Part shown: in pieces, positions 29,277 through 39,588 of the stretch
How positions within the stretch are numbered: position 1 is the first letter of the stretch
Layout of the letters: each line of letters opens with the position of its first letter
Assembly: GCA_017694295.1 (NCBI GenBank)
Contig: JADINA010000024.1
Coordinates: 5,295-69,294 of the forward strand
Length of the DNA: 64,000 nucleotides
Source: Candidatus Alloenteromonas pullistercoris
Lineage (GTDB): Bacteria > Bacillota_I > Bacilli_A > RFN20 > CAG-826
Direction of reading: 5' to 3'
Made by a program: the position numbers and the translations under genes
Notes under the pieces: model-generated
Told to the model about the DNA's origin: nothing
Databases searched by the model: none
Seen by the model: the letters and a program-made list of their open reading frames with translations, nothing else

Positions 29277-30470
29277 TTGCCTCTTGCCCACCTATATGTA
29301 GGCATGGGCGCAAATTACGTTTGTCCGCGCTGCGGCAACTCCGACCCGCGTTATATCGGGACGAAGAACAAAGTCAAATACTGTCGGCGATGCCTCATCT
29401 TCCAAGGGGAGGAGGTCAAGCGGGCGGAAGGGGCGCCAAAACCTGTTTCCCTTTCGATTCCCTATCATCTTTCCAAAGAGCAAAAAGAACTTTCCGAGCG
29501 GATACTCGCCAATTACAAGCAAGGCAAAGACACCTTGGTTTACGCCGTCTGCGGGTCGGGGAAGACGGAGATTTCCTTCGGGGTCATCGGCTTTGCCATG
29601 AGCGAAGGCCACAAAGTCGCCTTCGCCTTGCCTAGGCGCGACGTCGTCATCGAGCTTTCCTCCCGCCTTGCCGAGGCCTTCCCAACCAACAGGATCGTCG
29701 CGGTCTATGGCGGCCATAACGAGGAGCTTGAAGGCGATTGCATCGTCCTCACCACCCATCAGCTTTACCGATATCCGGACTATTTCGATTTGATCGTCAT
29801 GGATGAGGTCGACGCCTTCCCCTTCAAGGGCAGTGAGCTGCTTGAGGCGATGCTAAAGCGTTCCTTAAGGGGGAGGCTGGTCATGATGTCGGCGACCCCT
29901 TCAAAGGAGCTAGTCGCTCAATTTCGGAAGCCGGGGAAGGACCTCGTCACCCTCCACACTCGCTTCCACAAAAAGCCGATCCCCGTCCCTAAGCTCGTCG
30001 TTGGCCCAGCCCCATATCTTCTCCTTTCATTGCTGCGGTTGCTAAGGCGTTACCAAAAGGAGGGGAAGCCATGCTTCATCTTCGTCCCAACGGTGGCCTT
30101 AAGCGAGGATTTGCACCGCAAAACGTCCCTATTTTGCCCAAATGGCAATTACGTGTCCTCGAAAAGGGAAAAGAGGGCGAAGATTATCGCCGATTTCAAA
30201 AAGGGGCGTTATTCCTACTTGGTCACGACCGCGGTTTTGGAAAGGGGGATAACGGTTAGGAACCTTCAGGTCATCGTCTATTTGGGCGACGAAAGCATCT
30301 ATGACGCGGCCGCCTTAATCCAAATAGCCGGGAGGGCCGGCAGGAAAAAAGACGCCCCGTTTGGGGAGGTGACCTTTTTGGCCAGGAAGGAGACTAAGGG
30401 GATTGACAATGCCATCATCGAGATCAAGCGCTGCAACGCCTTTTTGCCGAAGGTGCTTCAAACCTCTTAA
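29277..30470 (+). CDS. comFA: ComFA-like DEAD-box helicase with N-terminal Zn finger
   Basis: CPRCG..YCRRC, AVCGSGKTE, PRRDV, DEVDAFP, SATP, ERGIT, QIAGRAGR. Confidence 0.88.
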   Translation: MPLAHLYVGMGANYVCPRCGNSDPRYIGTKNKVKYCRRCLIFQGEEVKRAEGAPKPVSLSIPYHLSKEQKELSERILANYKQGKDTLVYAVCGSGKTEISFGVIGFAMSEGHKVAFALPRRDVVIELSSRLAEAFPTNRIVAVYGGHNEELEGDCIVLTTHQLYRYPDYFDLIVMDEVDAFPFKGSELLEAMLKRSLRGRLVMMSATPSKELVAQFRKPGKDLVTLHTRFHKKPIPVPKLVVGPAPYLLLSLLRLLRRYQKEGKPCFIFVPTVALSEDLHRKTSLFCPNGNYVSSKREKRAKIIADFKKGRYSYLVTTAVLERGITVRNLQVIVYLGDESIYDAAALIQIAGRAGRKKDAPFGEVTFLARKETKGIDNAIIEIKRCNAFLPKVLQTS

Positions 30471-31047
30471 GGAAAACGGGCTCCGCTTCCTATTCGGCTT
30501 TCCGCCGATTTGCAAGCGCTGCTACCAGGAGCTGTCGCCGAAATGGATTAGGTGGAAGGAAGAGGGCGCCTCGTGCCTTGCCATTTACCAATACAACGAG
30601 GCGGTCCGCTCCACCCTTTACCAGTTCAAGGGGCTTGGGGACATCGAGCTTGCCTCCGCTTTCTTCGGCTACCAATCGCCTTACCTTCGCCTCCTTTATC
30701 GGCATTACTGGGTTGTTCCGATTCCCTCCTCCCCAAGCCACGACCAGGCCAGGGGCTTTAACCAGGTAAGGGAGATGGCCGCTTGCCTTGGGCTCCCTAT
30801 AGTCGACGCGTTAAGAAAAAAGGAGGGGGCCAAGCAATCCGATTTGCCGGCGAAGGAAAGGGCGAGGGTCGGCGAATTGCTCGAATTGGCCCATCCTGAG
30901 TTAATCCAAGGCAGACGGGTGCTGCTTCTTGACGACGTTTTCACCACCGGCTCGACCGCCAGGGCCTGCCTTGAATTGCTTAAAAGGGCAAAGCCAAGGA
31001 AAATCCGTTTCTTGGCGATGGCGAAAACAATGGGGAAAACGCCTTAG
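30403..31047 (+). CDS. comFC: ComFC competence protein (PRTase-like); exact start uncertain
   Basis: C..C..C..C, RGFNQ, VLLLDDVFTTGST. Confidence 0.88.
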   Translation: MTMPSSRSSAATPFCRRCFKPLKENGLRFLFGFPPICKRCYQELSPKWIRWKEEGASCLAIYQYNEAVRSTLYQFKGLGDIELASAFFGYQSPYLRLLYRHYWVVPIPSSPSHDQARGFNQVREMAACLGLPIVDALRKKEGAKQSDLPAKERARVGELLELAHPELIQGRRVLLLDDVFTTGSTARACLELLKRAKPRKIRFLAMAKTMGKTP

Positions 31048-31148
31048 GATCCGCCTTTTCGCCTTGTTGTTTTCGACGCGTCAGTTGTTGATTGCGCCCC
31101 ATTTCCTTAAATGGTAACATTTAACCGCTTTGTTTCAGGGAGTCTATC

Positions 31149-33572
31149 GTGGCTAATATCATTGAGAAAATATTCCATCTAGAAAAACGCGAATTGAATC
31201 GCTACGCCAGGGAGGCCGATCGGGTCATCGCCTACGAGAAGGAGATGCGGGCTTTGACCGACGACGAGTTGAGGGCGAAAACCGCCACCTTCCAGCACCT
31301 TCTTAAAAACGGAAAAACGATCGAGGACATCAAATACGAGGCCTTCGCCGTCGCCCGCGAAGGCGCTTACCGCGCGATTAAGCAATTCCCCTATAAGGTG
31401 CAGATCATCGGCGCTTTGGTCCTCAACGACGGCAACGTCGCCGAGATGAAGACCGGCGAAGGCAAAACCTTGACCGCCACCATGGCCGTCTACCTCAACG
31501 CCCTCACCGGAGACGGCGTCCACGTCGTCACCGTCAATGAGTATTTGGCTTCCCGCGACGCCGAGTGGATGGGCTCGATCTATCGTTTCCTCGGCTTGAC
31601 CGTCGGGGTCAATCTCTCGAGCAAGACCAACTCGGAGAAGAAGGAAGCCTACCTTTGCGACATCACCTACACGACCAACTCCGAACTTGGCTTCGATTAC
31701 CTCCGCGACAATATGACCCAATCCCTCAACAACCGGGTCCTGCGCGGGCTTAAATACGCGGTCGTCGACGAAGCCGACTCCGTCCTCATCGACGAATCGC
31801 GGACCCCGCTTATCATCTCCGGCGGCCAAAGGGCCCCGGCTTCCCAATACATGGTGGCCGACCGCTTCGTCAAAATGCTTAAGGCCGAGAAGGATTTCGC
31901 CGTCGACATCAAAACCAAGACCTGCTCGCTAACCGACGCCGGGGCCGACAAGGCCGAGAAGATGTTCGGCGTCCGCAACCTCTATGATCCGGGCAACCAG
32001 GAATTGGTCCACCGGATCCACCAAGCCCTAAAAGCCAACTACATCATGCACCGCGACGTCGAATACATGGTCGACAAGGACCGGACCGTCCAACTCATCG
32101 ACCAGTTCACCGGGCGTATCCTCAAAGGCCGGGAGTACAACGACGGCCTCCAGCAGGCCATCCAAGCCAAGGAAGGGGTCGAGATCAAGCAAGAGACCAC
32201 CGTTTTGGCCACCATCACCTATCAGAATTTCTTCCGGCTTTACAAGAAGATGTCGGGCATGACCGGCACCGCCAAGACCGAGGAAGAGGAATTCGAGAAA
32301 ATCTACAACATGAAGGTCATCTGCATTCCCACCAATCGGCCGATCGCCCGCGTCGACGACATGGATTACATCTATGGCACCCATAAAGCCAAACTGAAAG
32401 GGCTAGTCGACGAAGTCAAAGCCCGCCACGAGAAGGGGCAGCCGGTTTTAATCGGCACCGTCTCGGTCGAATCCAACGAGGAGATTTCCGGCTTGCTCAC
32501 CGCCGCCGGCATCCCCCACGAGGTCCTAAACGCCAAAAACCAAGCCCGCGAAGCCGAAATCATCTCCCACGCCGGGGAAAAGGGCGCCGTCACCTTGGCC
32601 ACCAACATGGCCGGCCGCGGCACCGACATCAAGCTTGGCGAGGGGGTCAAGGAGCTTGGTGGGCTTTGCGTCCTCGGCACCGAGCGCCACGAATCCCGCC
32701 GCATCGACAACCAGCTCCGCGGCCGCAGCGGACGTCAGGGGGACCCCGGGTATTCCCGCTTCTACGTTTCCTTCGAGGATGAGCTCATCCGCCGGTTCGT
32801 CGACGATAAGCGGCGCGAGTTCTTCATCAAGCAATTGGGCGATGACCATTTGGAGAATAAACTCATTCAAAACGTCGTCACCAACGCCCAAAAGCAAATC
32901 GAGGGCCGCAACTTCGACACCCGAAAGAACCTTCTTGACTACGACGACGTCTTGGCCAAGCAAAGGCAAATCATCTATGACCGCCGCGATTCGATCATGC
33001 TTGCCAAGGACATCGGCGACATGATCCACGATTTCTTCCTCCAAACCGGCGCCTTCTTAGCCAAAAAAGCCGCTTCGGGGCGCGATGAGGGGTTAATCGA
33101 CGGCGAGGAGCTTCGGAAACTGGTTGAGCCTAGATTCGTTCCGGAGAACTACTTCCCCGCGAAGGCCTATGACGAGGCCCCCGTCGAGGAAGCGGGGGAA
33201 GACCTCGGCGAATTCCTCTATGGCGCCTATTGCAAACGGAAGGCCGAATGGCCCGAAGGGGCGGCCGACCAAATCGAGAGGTCGGTGTCGCTTTCGGTCA
33301 TCGACCGCAACTGGACCCGCCACATCGACACGATGTCGCATCTTCGCGAAGGCATCGGCTTGCGTTCCTACGCCCAGACCAATCCGCTTCAGGATTACGT
33401 CAACGAGGGCTATTCCTACTTCCGGGAGATGAACCAGAACATCGCCATCGACTGCGTCTTCAACTTCCTTAACGTCAAGCCCCGCATCCAGCCCAAAGCC
33501 GAACCCGCCCCCTCGGAAGGCAAAGACGCCCCGAGCAAGGAAGCCAAGCCAGAAGGCGCCGAATCCAAGTAA
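31149..33572 (+). CDS. secA: Preprotein translocase ATPase SecA
   Basis: AEMKTGEGKT, DEADS.LIDE, GMTGTA, TNMAGRGTDI, RSGRQGDPG. Confidence 0.98.
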   Translation: MANIIEKIFHLEKRELNRYAREADRVIAYEKEMRALTDDELRAKTATFQHLLKNGKTIEDIKYEAFAVAREGAYRAIKQFPYKVQIIGALVLNDGNVAEMKTGEGKTLTATMAVYLNALTGDGVHVVTVNEYLASRDAEWMGSIYRFLGLTVGVNLSSKTNSEKKEAYLCDITYTTNSELGFDYLRDNMTQSLNNRVLRGLKYAVVDEADSVLIDESRTPLIISGGQRAPASQYMVADRFVKMLKAEKDFAVDIKTKTCSLTDAGADKAEKMFGVRNLYDPGNQELVHRIHQALKANYIMHRDVEYMVDKDRTVQLIDQFTGRILKGREYNDGLQQAIQAKEGVEIKQETTVLATITYQNFFRLYKKMSGMTGTAKTEEEEFEKIYNMKVICIPTNRPIARVDDMDYIYGTHKAKLKGLVDEVKARHEKGQPVLIGTVSVESNEEISGLLTAAGIPHEVLNAKNQAREAEIISHAGEKGAVTLATNMAGRGTDIKLGEGVKELGGLCVLGTERHESRRIDNQLRGRSGRQGDPGYSRFYVSFEDELIRRFVDDKRREFFIKQLGDDHLENKLIQNVVTNAQKQIEGRNFDTRKNLLDYDDVLAKQRQIIYDRRDSIMLAKDIGDMIHDFFLQTGAFLAKKAASGRDEGLIDGEELRKLVEPRFVPENYFPAKAYDEAPVEEAGEDLGEFLYGAYCKRKAEWPEGAADQIERSVSLSVIDRNWTRHIDTMSHLREGIGLRSYAQTNPLQDYVNEGYSYFREMNQNIAIDCVFNFLNVKPRIQPKAEPAPSEGKDAPSKEAKPEGAESK

Positions 33573-33590
33573 TTGAAAAGAAGGGAATAT

Positions 33591-34716
33591 ATGAAAGAGC
33601 TAGTCGAGTTAAAACAGCAATCCCAAAACCTTGGGGAGCTTGTTTCGCAGCTCGGTGACTCTCTTTGACTTGCCGAAAATCGAGAAAGAGATAGCCGAAC
33701 TCGAAGCCAAGCAAAACGCCGAGGGCTTCTGGGACGACCAAAACGCCGCCAAAGCGGTCAATAGCCGCCTTTCCTCCTTGCAAAAGAAGGTCGACCGCTA
33801 CAAAAAGGCCGCTTCGGCCTATGAGGATATAAAGGGCATGCTCTCGGAAGTCGGGGAATCCGACGTCGAGATGCTCGAGCTTTTGTCCTCGATGGAGGAC
33901 GACCTCGGGGACGATTGCGAGGATCTTCGCCACCAATTGCTTTTCAGCGGCGAATACGATTCGCTTAACTGCACCCTGGAAATCCATCCGGGCGCCGGGG
34001 GAACCGAAGCCCAGGATTGGGCCTCGATGCTGTTGCGGATGTATGGGCGCTGGGCCGAAAGGAACGATTTCAAGCTCCAGACCATCGATATCCAAGACGG
34101 CGATGAGGCCGGCATTAAATCGGCCACCATCAAGATCATTGGCGATGACGCCTATGGGATGCTAAAAGGGGAAAAAGGCGTCCACCGCCTTGTCCGCATC
34201 TCCCCTTTTGACGCCAACGCGCGCCGCCATACCTCCTTTGCCTCAGTCAACGTGATCCCCGAGTTCGGGGCCGTCCCCGACATCGTCATTGACCCTAAGG
34301 ATCTTCGGGTCGACACCTTCAGAAGCGGCGGGGCCGGCGGCCAAAACGTCAATAAGGTTTCCTCGGCCGTCCGCATCACCCATTTGCCGACGGGGATCGT
34401 CGTCCAATGCGAGATCGAGCGCGACCAGATCCGCAACAAGGCGACTTGCATGAGCATGCTAACCGATAAGCTGATGCAGCGCCGCCTCGAGGAACGGGAA
34501 AGGCAATTGAAGGCCGAAATCGGCGAGCAGAAGGACATCGAATGGGGCTCGCAGATCCGCAACTACGTCTTTCAGCCCTATACCTTGGTAAAAGACGTCC
34601 GCACTTCCTTTGAGACCGGCGACATCCAAGGGGTCATGGATGGCAACATCAACCCGTTTATCTATGCCTATTTGGAACAGGAGGCCAAGAAAAATGAAGG
34701 AAAGCGGAAAAAGTAA
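33591..34716 (+). CDS. prfB: Peptide chain release factor 2, with programmed +1 frameshift at CTT-TGA-C (33663-33669)
   Basis: ATG 33591 opens 25 codons to CTT TGA C; the +1 frame continues DLPKIEK... and contains SPF and GGQ motifs. Confidence 0.96.
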
Positions 34717-35749
34717 TTTCCTTCATTCGCTTTCCAATAAATGGAACGGCCTCACCAAAAAGGAGAGGTGGGGGATAATTCGCAACTTCCTTTTGATGAT
34801 CCTCGGCTCATTCGTCTTGGCCTTTGGCAACGCCGCCTTCATCGTCCCGTCCGACCTCGTCACCGGTGGAGTATCCTCAATCGGCGTCATCGTCCAGTTT
34901 TATTTGGATGAGGCCGGAATCGGCTTTGAGATCGTCGACATCGTGACCGCCGCCTTGACGGTCGGGCTGTTCCTCATCGGGCTTTTCGTCTTGGGGAAGA
35001 AGTTTTCGGCCCATACCTTCCTTGCCTCCGTCCTTTACCCGGCTTTCTTCGCCTTGCTTTATCGGACTGAGCTCCTCGCTCCTATTTACAATTCGCTTCT
35101 TAACGCCGAATCCGAGCCAATGATCGGGATGCTTTTATGCGCGATTTTCGGCGGCATCTTCGTCGGGGCCGGGGTGGCCATCACCTTTAAGGGGAACGGC
35201 TCAACCGGCGGGGTCGACATTTTGTGCGCCATCATCGCCAAATACACCCCGATAAAGGAGTCTTTCACTTCGGCCACCATCGACTGCTCGCTCGTCGTCA
35301 TCGGCATGATTTGCCGTTACTCGGTCGATAATTCGATCGCCCTTGGGCTAATCGGGATCCTCTCCGCCCTCACGGCGGCCGCCATGATCCAAATCGTCTA
35401 TGTGGCCTCCAACTCCTTTGTTTTATGCGACGTCATTTCCTCGAAATACGAATCGATCATCGAGTTCATTCAAAACGACCTCGACCGCGGTTGCACCTTG
35501 CTAAACACCACCGGCGGCTATACCGGCGAAGACCGGCTCATGGTTCGGGCGGCCTTAAGCAAGTCGGAGGCTCAGGAGCTTAAGAAGTTCATCGCCAAGG
35601 TCGACCCCAAAGCCTTCCTCACCATGGTCGATGCCTCGGCCGTCAACGGCGAAGGCTTCGCCCCAATTGTCTATAAACGCCGCAAAAAGAAGGCGGATGT
35701 TGCGAATTTGCCTATTGAGAAAGGCGAAAACCTGACGGAAGGCGAGTGA
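34694..35749 (+). CDS. YitT family membrane protein
   Basis: L.TGG.SSI, G.STGG.DI, G.T......GGYT, IDP.AF; C-terminal DUF2179-like part. Confidence 0.88.
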   Translation: MKESGKSNFLHSLSNKWNGLTKKERWGIIRNFLLMILGSFVLAFGNAAFIVPSDLVTGGVSSIGVIVQFYLDEAGIGFEIVDIVTAALTVGLFLIGLFVLGKKFSAHTFLASVLYPAFFALLYRTELLAPIYNSLLNAESEPMIGMLLCAIFGGIFVGAGVAITFKGNGSTGGVDILCAIIAKYTPIKESFTSATIDCSLVVIGMICRYSVDNSIALGLIGILSALTAAAMIQIVYVASNSFVLCDVISSKYESIIEFIQNDLDRGCTLLNTTGGYTGEDRLMVRAALSKSEAQELKKFIAKVDPKAFLTMVDASAVNGEGFAPIVYKRRKKKADVANLPIEKGENLTEGE

Positions 35750-37737
35750 AGATGGATCGGGAAGTAAAGCCGTTTAAGCTTGTTTCCAAATTCTCCCCAA
35801 CCGGCGATCAACCCGCCGCCATCGAAAGCATTTTGAAAGGCATTGAGGCCGGGAAGAAGGTCCAGGTCATCCGCGGGGCGACCGGGACGGGGAAAACCTT
35901 CACCGACGCCAACATCATCGCGGCTTTAAATAGGCCGACTTTGGTCATGGTCCACAACAAGACGCTGGCCAGCCAGCTTTACGCCGAGTTCAAGGAGCTT
36001 TTCCCTGAGAACCGCGTTGAGTATTTCATTTCCAACTTCGACTTTTACCAGCCTGAAGCCTATTTGCCCAAATCCGATACCTACATCGACAAAAACGCCG
36101 TCACCAACCTTGAGCTCGACATGATGCGGACCTCGGCCATGAATTCGGTATTGTCGCGCCGCGACACCATTGTCGTCGCCTCGGTGGCCGCGATATACGG
36201 TTTAACCGACCCCGCCGAATACGAAGGCTTGATATTTGAGATCCGGGTTGGCGAGACGCTTGACCGCAAAGACCTTTACCGCCACCTCATTGATGCCCAA
36301 TACACCAGGGACAACTTCGACCTCAAGCCCGGGACCTTCCGGGTCCATGGCGACATCATCGACATCGCCCCGGCGACCCATGATTACTACATCAGGGTCG
36401 ATTGCTTTGGCGATGAGGTGGAGAATATCTTCCAAATCAATACCCTCAGCGGCGAAATCGAAAGGACCTACGCCACCTATCCGATATTCCCCGCCTATGA
36501 CCACGCCTCGACAAGGCGGCGGATTGAGGCTGCTTGCAAAACCATCAAAGAGGAATTGGAGATGCGGCTAAAGGAGTTCCGCGACGAAGGGAAGCTGCTA
36601 GAGGCCGAGCGGTTGGAGATGCGAACCAACCAGGACATAGAAAGCCTCCTTGAGTTTGGCCGCTGCCCGGGCATCGAGAACTATTCCCGCCACATCGACG
36701 GGCGAAAACCCGGGGAAAGGCCGTTCACCCTAATCGACTACATGCCGAAGGACTATTTGCTTCTGCTTGACGAATCCCACGTCACCATCCCCCAGATCCG
36801 CGGGATGTACAACGGCGATAGGTCAAGGAAGGAGACGTTGGTGGAATATGGCTTTAGGCTGCCTTCCGCTTTGGATAACCGCCCATTGAATTTCGCTGAG
36901 TTCGAGGCCCTTATGCCCTCTAGCGTCGTCTGCACCAGCGCCACCCCGGGAGATTATGAACTAGGTCGCTCCGGCGGGGAGGTGGTGGAGCAGATCATCC
37001 GGCCCACCGGCTTGCTTGATCCGACTATCTCCGTCCGCCCGACTTCTGGGCAGATCGACGACCTCCTTTTCGAGATAAACAAGCGCATCGAAGCCTCTGA
37101 GAGGGTTATGGTCGTCACCTTGACCATCAAGATGGCCGAGGACCTCACCGCCTTCTTGAAGGAAAAAGGCATTAAGGTCACTTATTTGCATAACGAGACC
37201 AAAACCTTGGAACGTAGTCAGATCATCTATCAGCTGCGGAAGGGGAAATACGATGTCCTCGTCGGCATCAACTTGCTTAGGGAGGGCCTTGATATCCCCG
37301 AGGTTTCCCTAATCGCCATCCTCGATGCCGACAAAGAGGGGTTCCTCCGCTCAACCAGGTCGCTTATCCAGATAATCGGGAGGGCGGCCAGGAACGCGAA
37401 CGGGCAGGTCATCATGTACGCCGATTCGATTTCCGATTCGATGAGGGAGGCAATCGACGAGACCATGCGCCGGCGGGGCATCCAAAAAGCCTATAATGAG
37501 GAAAACGGCATCATCCCGACGACCATCGTCAAGGAGATCCGCCCGCCTTTGTCCAATAGCGAGGATGAGGCCAAGAAGCTCATCAACTCCGACGGCAAGA
37601 CGAGCCGGAAGGAGATGGAGGCCCGCATTAAGGATATCGAGAAGCAAATGTACGCGGCCGCGAAGGTCTTCGATTTCGAACGGGCCGCCGAACTCCGCGA
37701 CATATTGTTTGAGGCGAAAGCGAGTTTGGAAAAATGA
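35746..37737 (+). CDS. uvrB: Excinuclease ABC subunit B
   Basis: PTGDQP, GATGTGKTFT, YQPEAY, DESH, INLLREGLD, GRAARN; UVR tail. Confidence 0.98.
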   Translation: MKMDREVKPFKLVSKFSPTGDQPAAIESILKGIEAGKKVQVIRGATGTGKTFTDANIIAALNRPTLVMVHNKTLASQLYAEFKELFPENRVEYFISNFDFYQPEAYLPKSDTYIDKNAVTNLELDMMRTSAMNSVLSRRDTIVVASVAAIYGLTDPAEYEGLIFEIRVGETLDRKDLYRHLIDAQYTRDNFDLKPGTFRVHGDIIDIAPATHDYYIRVDCFGDEVENIFQINTLSGEIERTYATYPIFPAYDHASTRRRIEAACKTIKEELEMRLKEFRDEGKLLEAERLEMRTNQDIESLLEFGRCPGIENYSRHIDGRKPGERPFTLIDYMPKDYLLLLDESHVTIPQIRGMYNGDRSRKETLVEYGFRLPSALDNRPLNFAEFEALMPSSVVCTSATPGDYELGRSGGEVVEQIIRPTGLLDPTISVRPTSGQIDDLLFEINKRIEASERVMVVTLTIKMAEDLTAFLKEKGIKVTYLHNETKTLERSQIIYQLRKGKYDVLVGINLLREGLDIPEVSLIAILDADKEGFLRSTRSLIQIIGRAARNANGQVIMYADSISDSMREAIDETMRRRGIQKAYNEENGIIPTTIVKEIRPPLSNSEDEAKKLINSDGKTSRKEMEARIKDIEKQMYAAAKVFDFERAAELRDILFEAKASLEK

Positions 37738-38360
37738 GAAAACACGACATCTTCATCTTCGATTTCGATGGGACGTTGGTCGACACCAAGGAATCATTGG
37801 TCCCGGTTTATCGGGCTGGTTTTGATTTGCTTGGCATGAAGGTGAGCGAAGCCCAATGCGCCCATTTCATGCACCATAACCTATTGGAGACGATGCAGGA
37901 GATGAACGTTGACCCTTCCGACTATGAGCGCTTCGTCCTTAAGGTCGTCGAAGCCCTTGATTACGAAGAGAGCATTTCCCTCATCAAGCCTTTCCCGGAA
38001 ACGGAGAAAGTGCTGCAAAAACTTGAAAAGGAACGCAAAACCCTAATAGTCGTGTCGGGAAATTCCTCGGTTCACATTAAAAAGGTGCTTGAGAAATTCC
38101 GTTGGTCGCATTATTTCAAGCTCATCGTCGGTTCGGACATGTATAAGCATGGGAAGCCTTCCCCGGAACCGCTTCTTCTTGGGCTAAGCCTTCTTGGCGA
38201 CCAAGACAAAAGCAAAGCCGTTTACATCGGCGACTCCAAGCAAGACCGCCTCTCGGCCATCGCCGCCGGGATTGATTGGGTGCTTGTTGATCGCGATGGC
38301 TCCTATGGCAACAAGATCCCAACCATCCGTTCCCTTGATGAAGCGGAGGAGCTTGCCTAG
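37734..38360 (+). CDS. HAD-IA hydrolase (phosphoglycolate phosphatase-like)
   Basis: FDFDGTL, KPSP, YIGDS..D. Confidence 0.88.
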   Translation: MRKHDIFIFDFDGTLVDTKESLVPVYRAGFDLLGMKVSEAQCAHFMHHNLLETMQEMNVDPSDYERFVLKVVEALDYEESISLIKPFPETEKVLQKLEKERKTLIVVSGNSSVHIKKVLEKFRWSHYFKLIVGSDMYKHGKPSPEPLLLGLSLLGDQDKSKAVYIGDSKQDRLSAIAAGIDWVLVDRDGSYGNKIPTIRSLDEAEELA

Positions 38361-38415
38361 CCCATCTTAAGGAGGCCTTTTGGCTCAGGGCGAAGGAAAA
38401 ACTTTATTTGTATTC

Positions 38416-38433
38416 ATAGACTAATTAGTCTAT
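38416..38433. promoter_or_regulatory. Perfect 18-bp palindrome upstream of secG, putative operator
   Basis: ATAGACTAA|TTAGTCTAT. Confidence 0.55.
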
Positions 38434-38470
38434 CCTATGTGTCGCACGTTCGCTTAAAGGAGGGACGAGT

Positions 38471-38743
38471 ATGCAATGGTATGACATAATCCTTATGATC
38501 GCCAGCCTCATAATCATCGTTTTGTCTCTTCTGCAAGGCGGCAAATCAGAGGGCGCTTCGGGCGCCATCACCGGCGGCGGGCTCAACGTCTTCGCCAAAA
38601 CCAAGGAACGCGGCTCGGAGAAAGTGATCACCTGGCTGACCTTCGGCTTCGCCATCGTCTTCGTCTTCTTGGCCCTTATCATCTCGGTCATCTCGCCTGA
38701 GACGGCTTCCGACGCCTCCTCCTCGATCTCCTCGTCCCTATAA
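38471..38743 (+). CDS. secG: Preprotein translocase subunit SecG
   Basis: LLQ.GK..G..GA..GG...F.K.K.RG.E; two TM helices; SD AAGGAGG. Confidence 0.93.
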   Translation: MQWYDIILMIASLIIIVLSLLQGGKSEGASGAITGGGLNVFAKTKERGSEKVITWLTFGFAIVFVFLALIISVISPETASDASSSISSSL

Positions 38744-38744
38744 C

Positions 38745-38765
38745 GCCTCCTCCGAGGCTTTTTTC
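38745..38765 (+). terminator. Intrinsic terminator after secG
   Basis: GCCTC-ctcc-GAGGC-TTTTTT. Confidence 0.7.
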
Positions 38766-38775
38766 TTATTGAGCC

Positions 38776-39588
38776 ATGGATAACCCTTTGAGCATTAAAG
38801 AATACGTTTCCCTAAGGAAAAAGGAACTTGCCAAGCAAGCCGCCTCCTTTTCCAAAGCCCCGACTTTGCTTATCATTCAAGCCAATGACGACCCGGCGAG
38901 CAATTCCTATGTCCGGGGGAAGATCAAAGACGGGCAGGAAGTCGGCTTTAAGGTCGATCTTTTAAAATTCCCCACCGACGTGGGTGAGCAGGAGATACTC
39001 GATGCCGTTAAGCGGGCCAACGAGGACGAAAACATCGATGGGCTCATCGTCCAATTGCCTTTGCCCAAGGGTATAGATGAGGAGAAGATCAAGCTAGCGG
39101 TCGACCCGAAGAAGGACGTCGATGGCTTCCACCCCCTTTCGACCTTCATCCCCTGCACCCCCAAAGGCATTGTCGATTACCTTACCTTCCTCGGCTTCCC
39201 CTTCAAAGGGAAAAACGCCGTCGTCCTCGGCAGAAGTGACATCGTCGGCAAACCGATGGCAAGATTGCTGCTATCGAAAGATTGCAACGTCACCGTGTTG
39301 CATTCGAAAACCGGTGACGCGGATAGGCGGGATTACATCGCCAAAGCCGATTTGATCGTGGTCGCGATTGGCAGGCTTGGTTATTTGGATGGCTCCTATG
39401 CCTTTAAGAAAGACGCCGTCATCGTCGACGTCGGCATAAGCCGGGGGGAGGACGGCCATCTCCACGGGGACGCTGTCCCCAACTTGCCGGTTGCCTTGCA
39501 AACCCCGGTGCCCGGGGGAGTGGGGCTATTGACCAGGATATCGTTATTGGAAAACCTATTGGAGGCCGCAAAATGGAATTCGCGATAA
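38776..39588 (+). CDS. folD: Methylene-THF dehydrogenase/cyclohydrolase
   Basis: YV..K, VQLPLP, KDVDG, PCTP.G, GRS.IVG.P, TPVPGGVG. Confidence 0.95.
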   Translation: MDNPLSIKEYVSLRKKELAKQAASFSKAPTLLIIQANDDPASNSYVRGKIKDGQEVGFKVDLLKFPTDVGEQEILDAVKRANEDENIDGLIVQLPLPKGIDEEKIKLAVDPKKDVDGFHPLSTFIPCTPKGIVDYLTFLGFPFKGKNAVVLGRSDIVGKPMARLLLSKDCNVTVLHSKTGDADRRDYIAKADLIVVAIGRLGYLDGSYAFKKDAVIVDVGISRGEDGHLHGDAVPNLPVALQTPVPGGVGLLTRISLLENLLEAAKWNSR

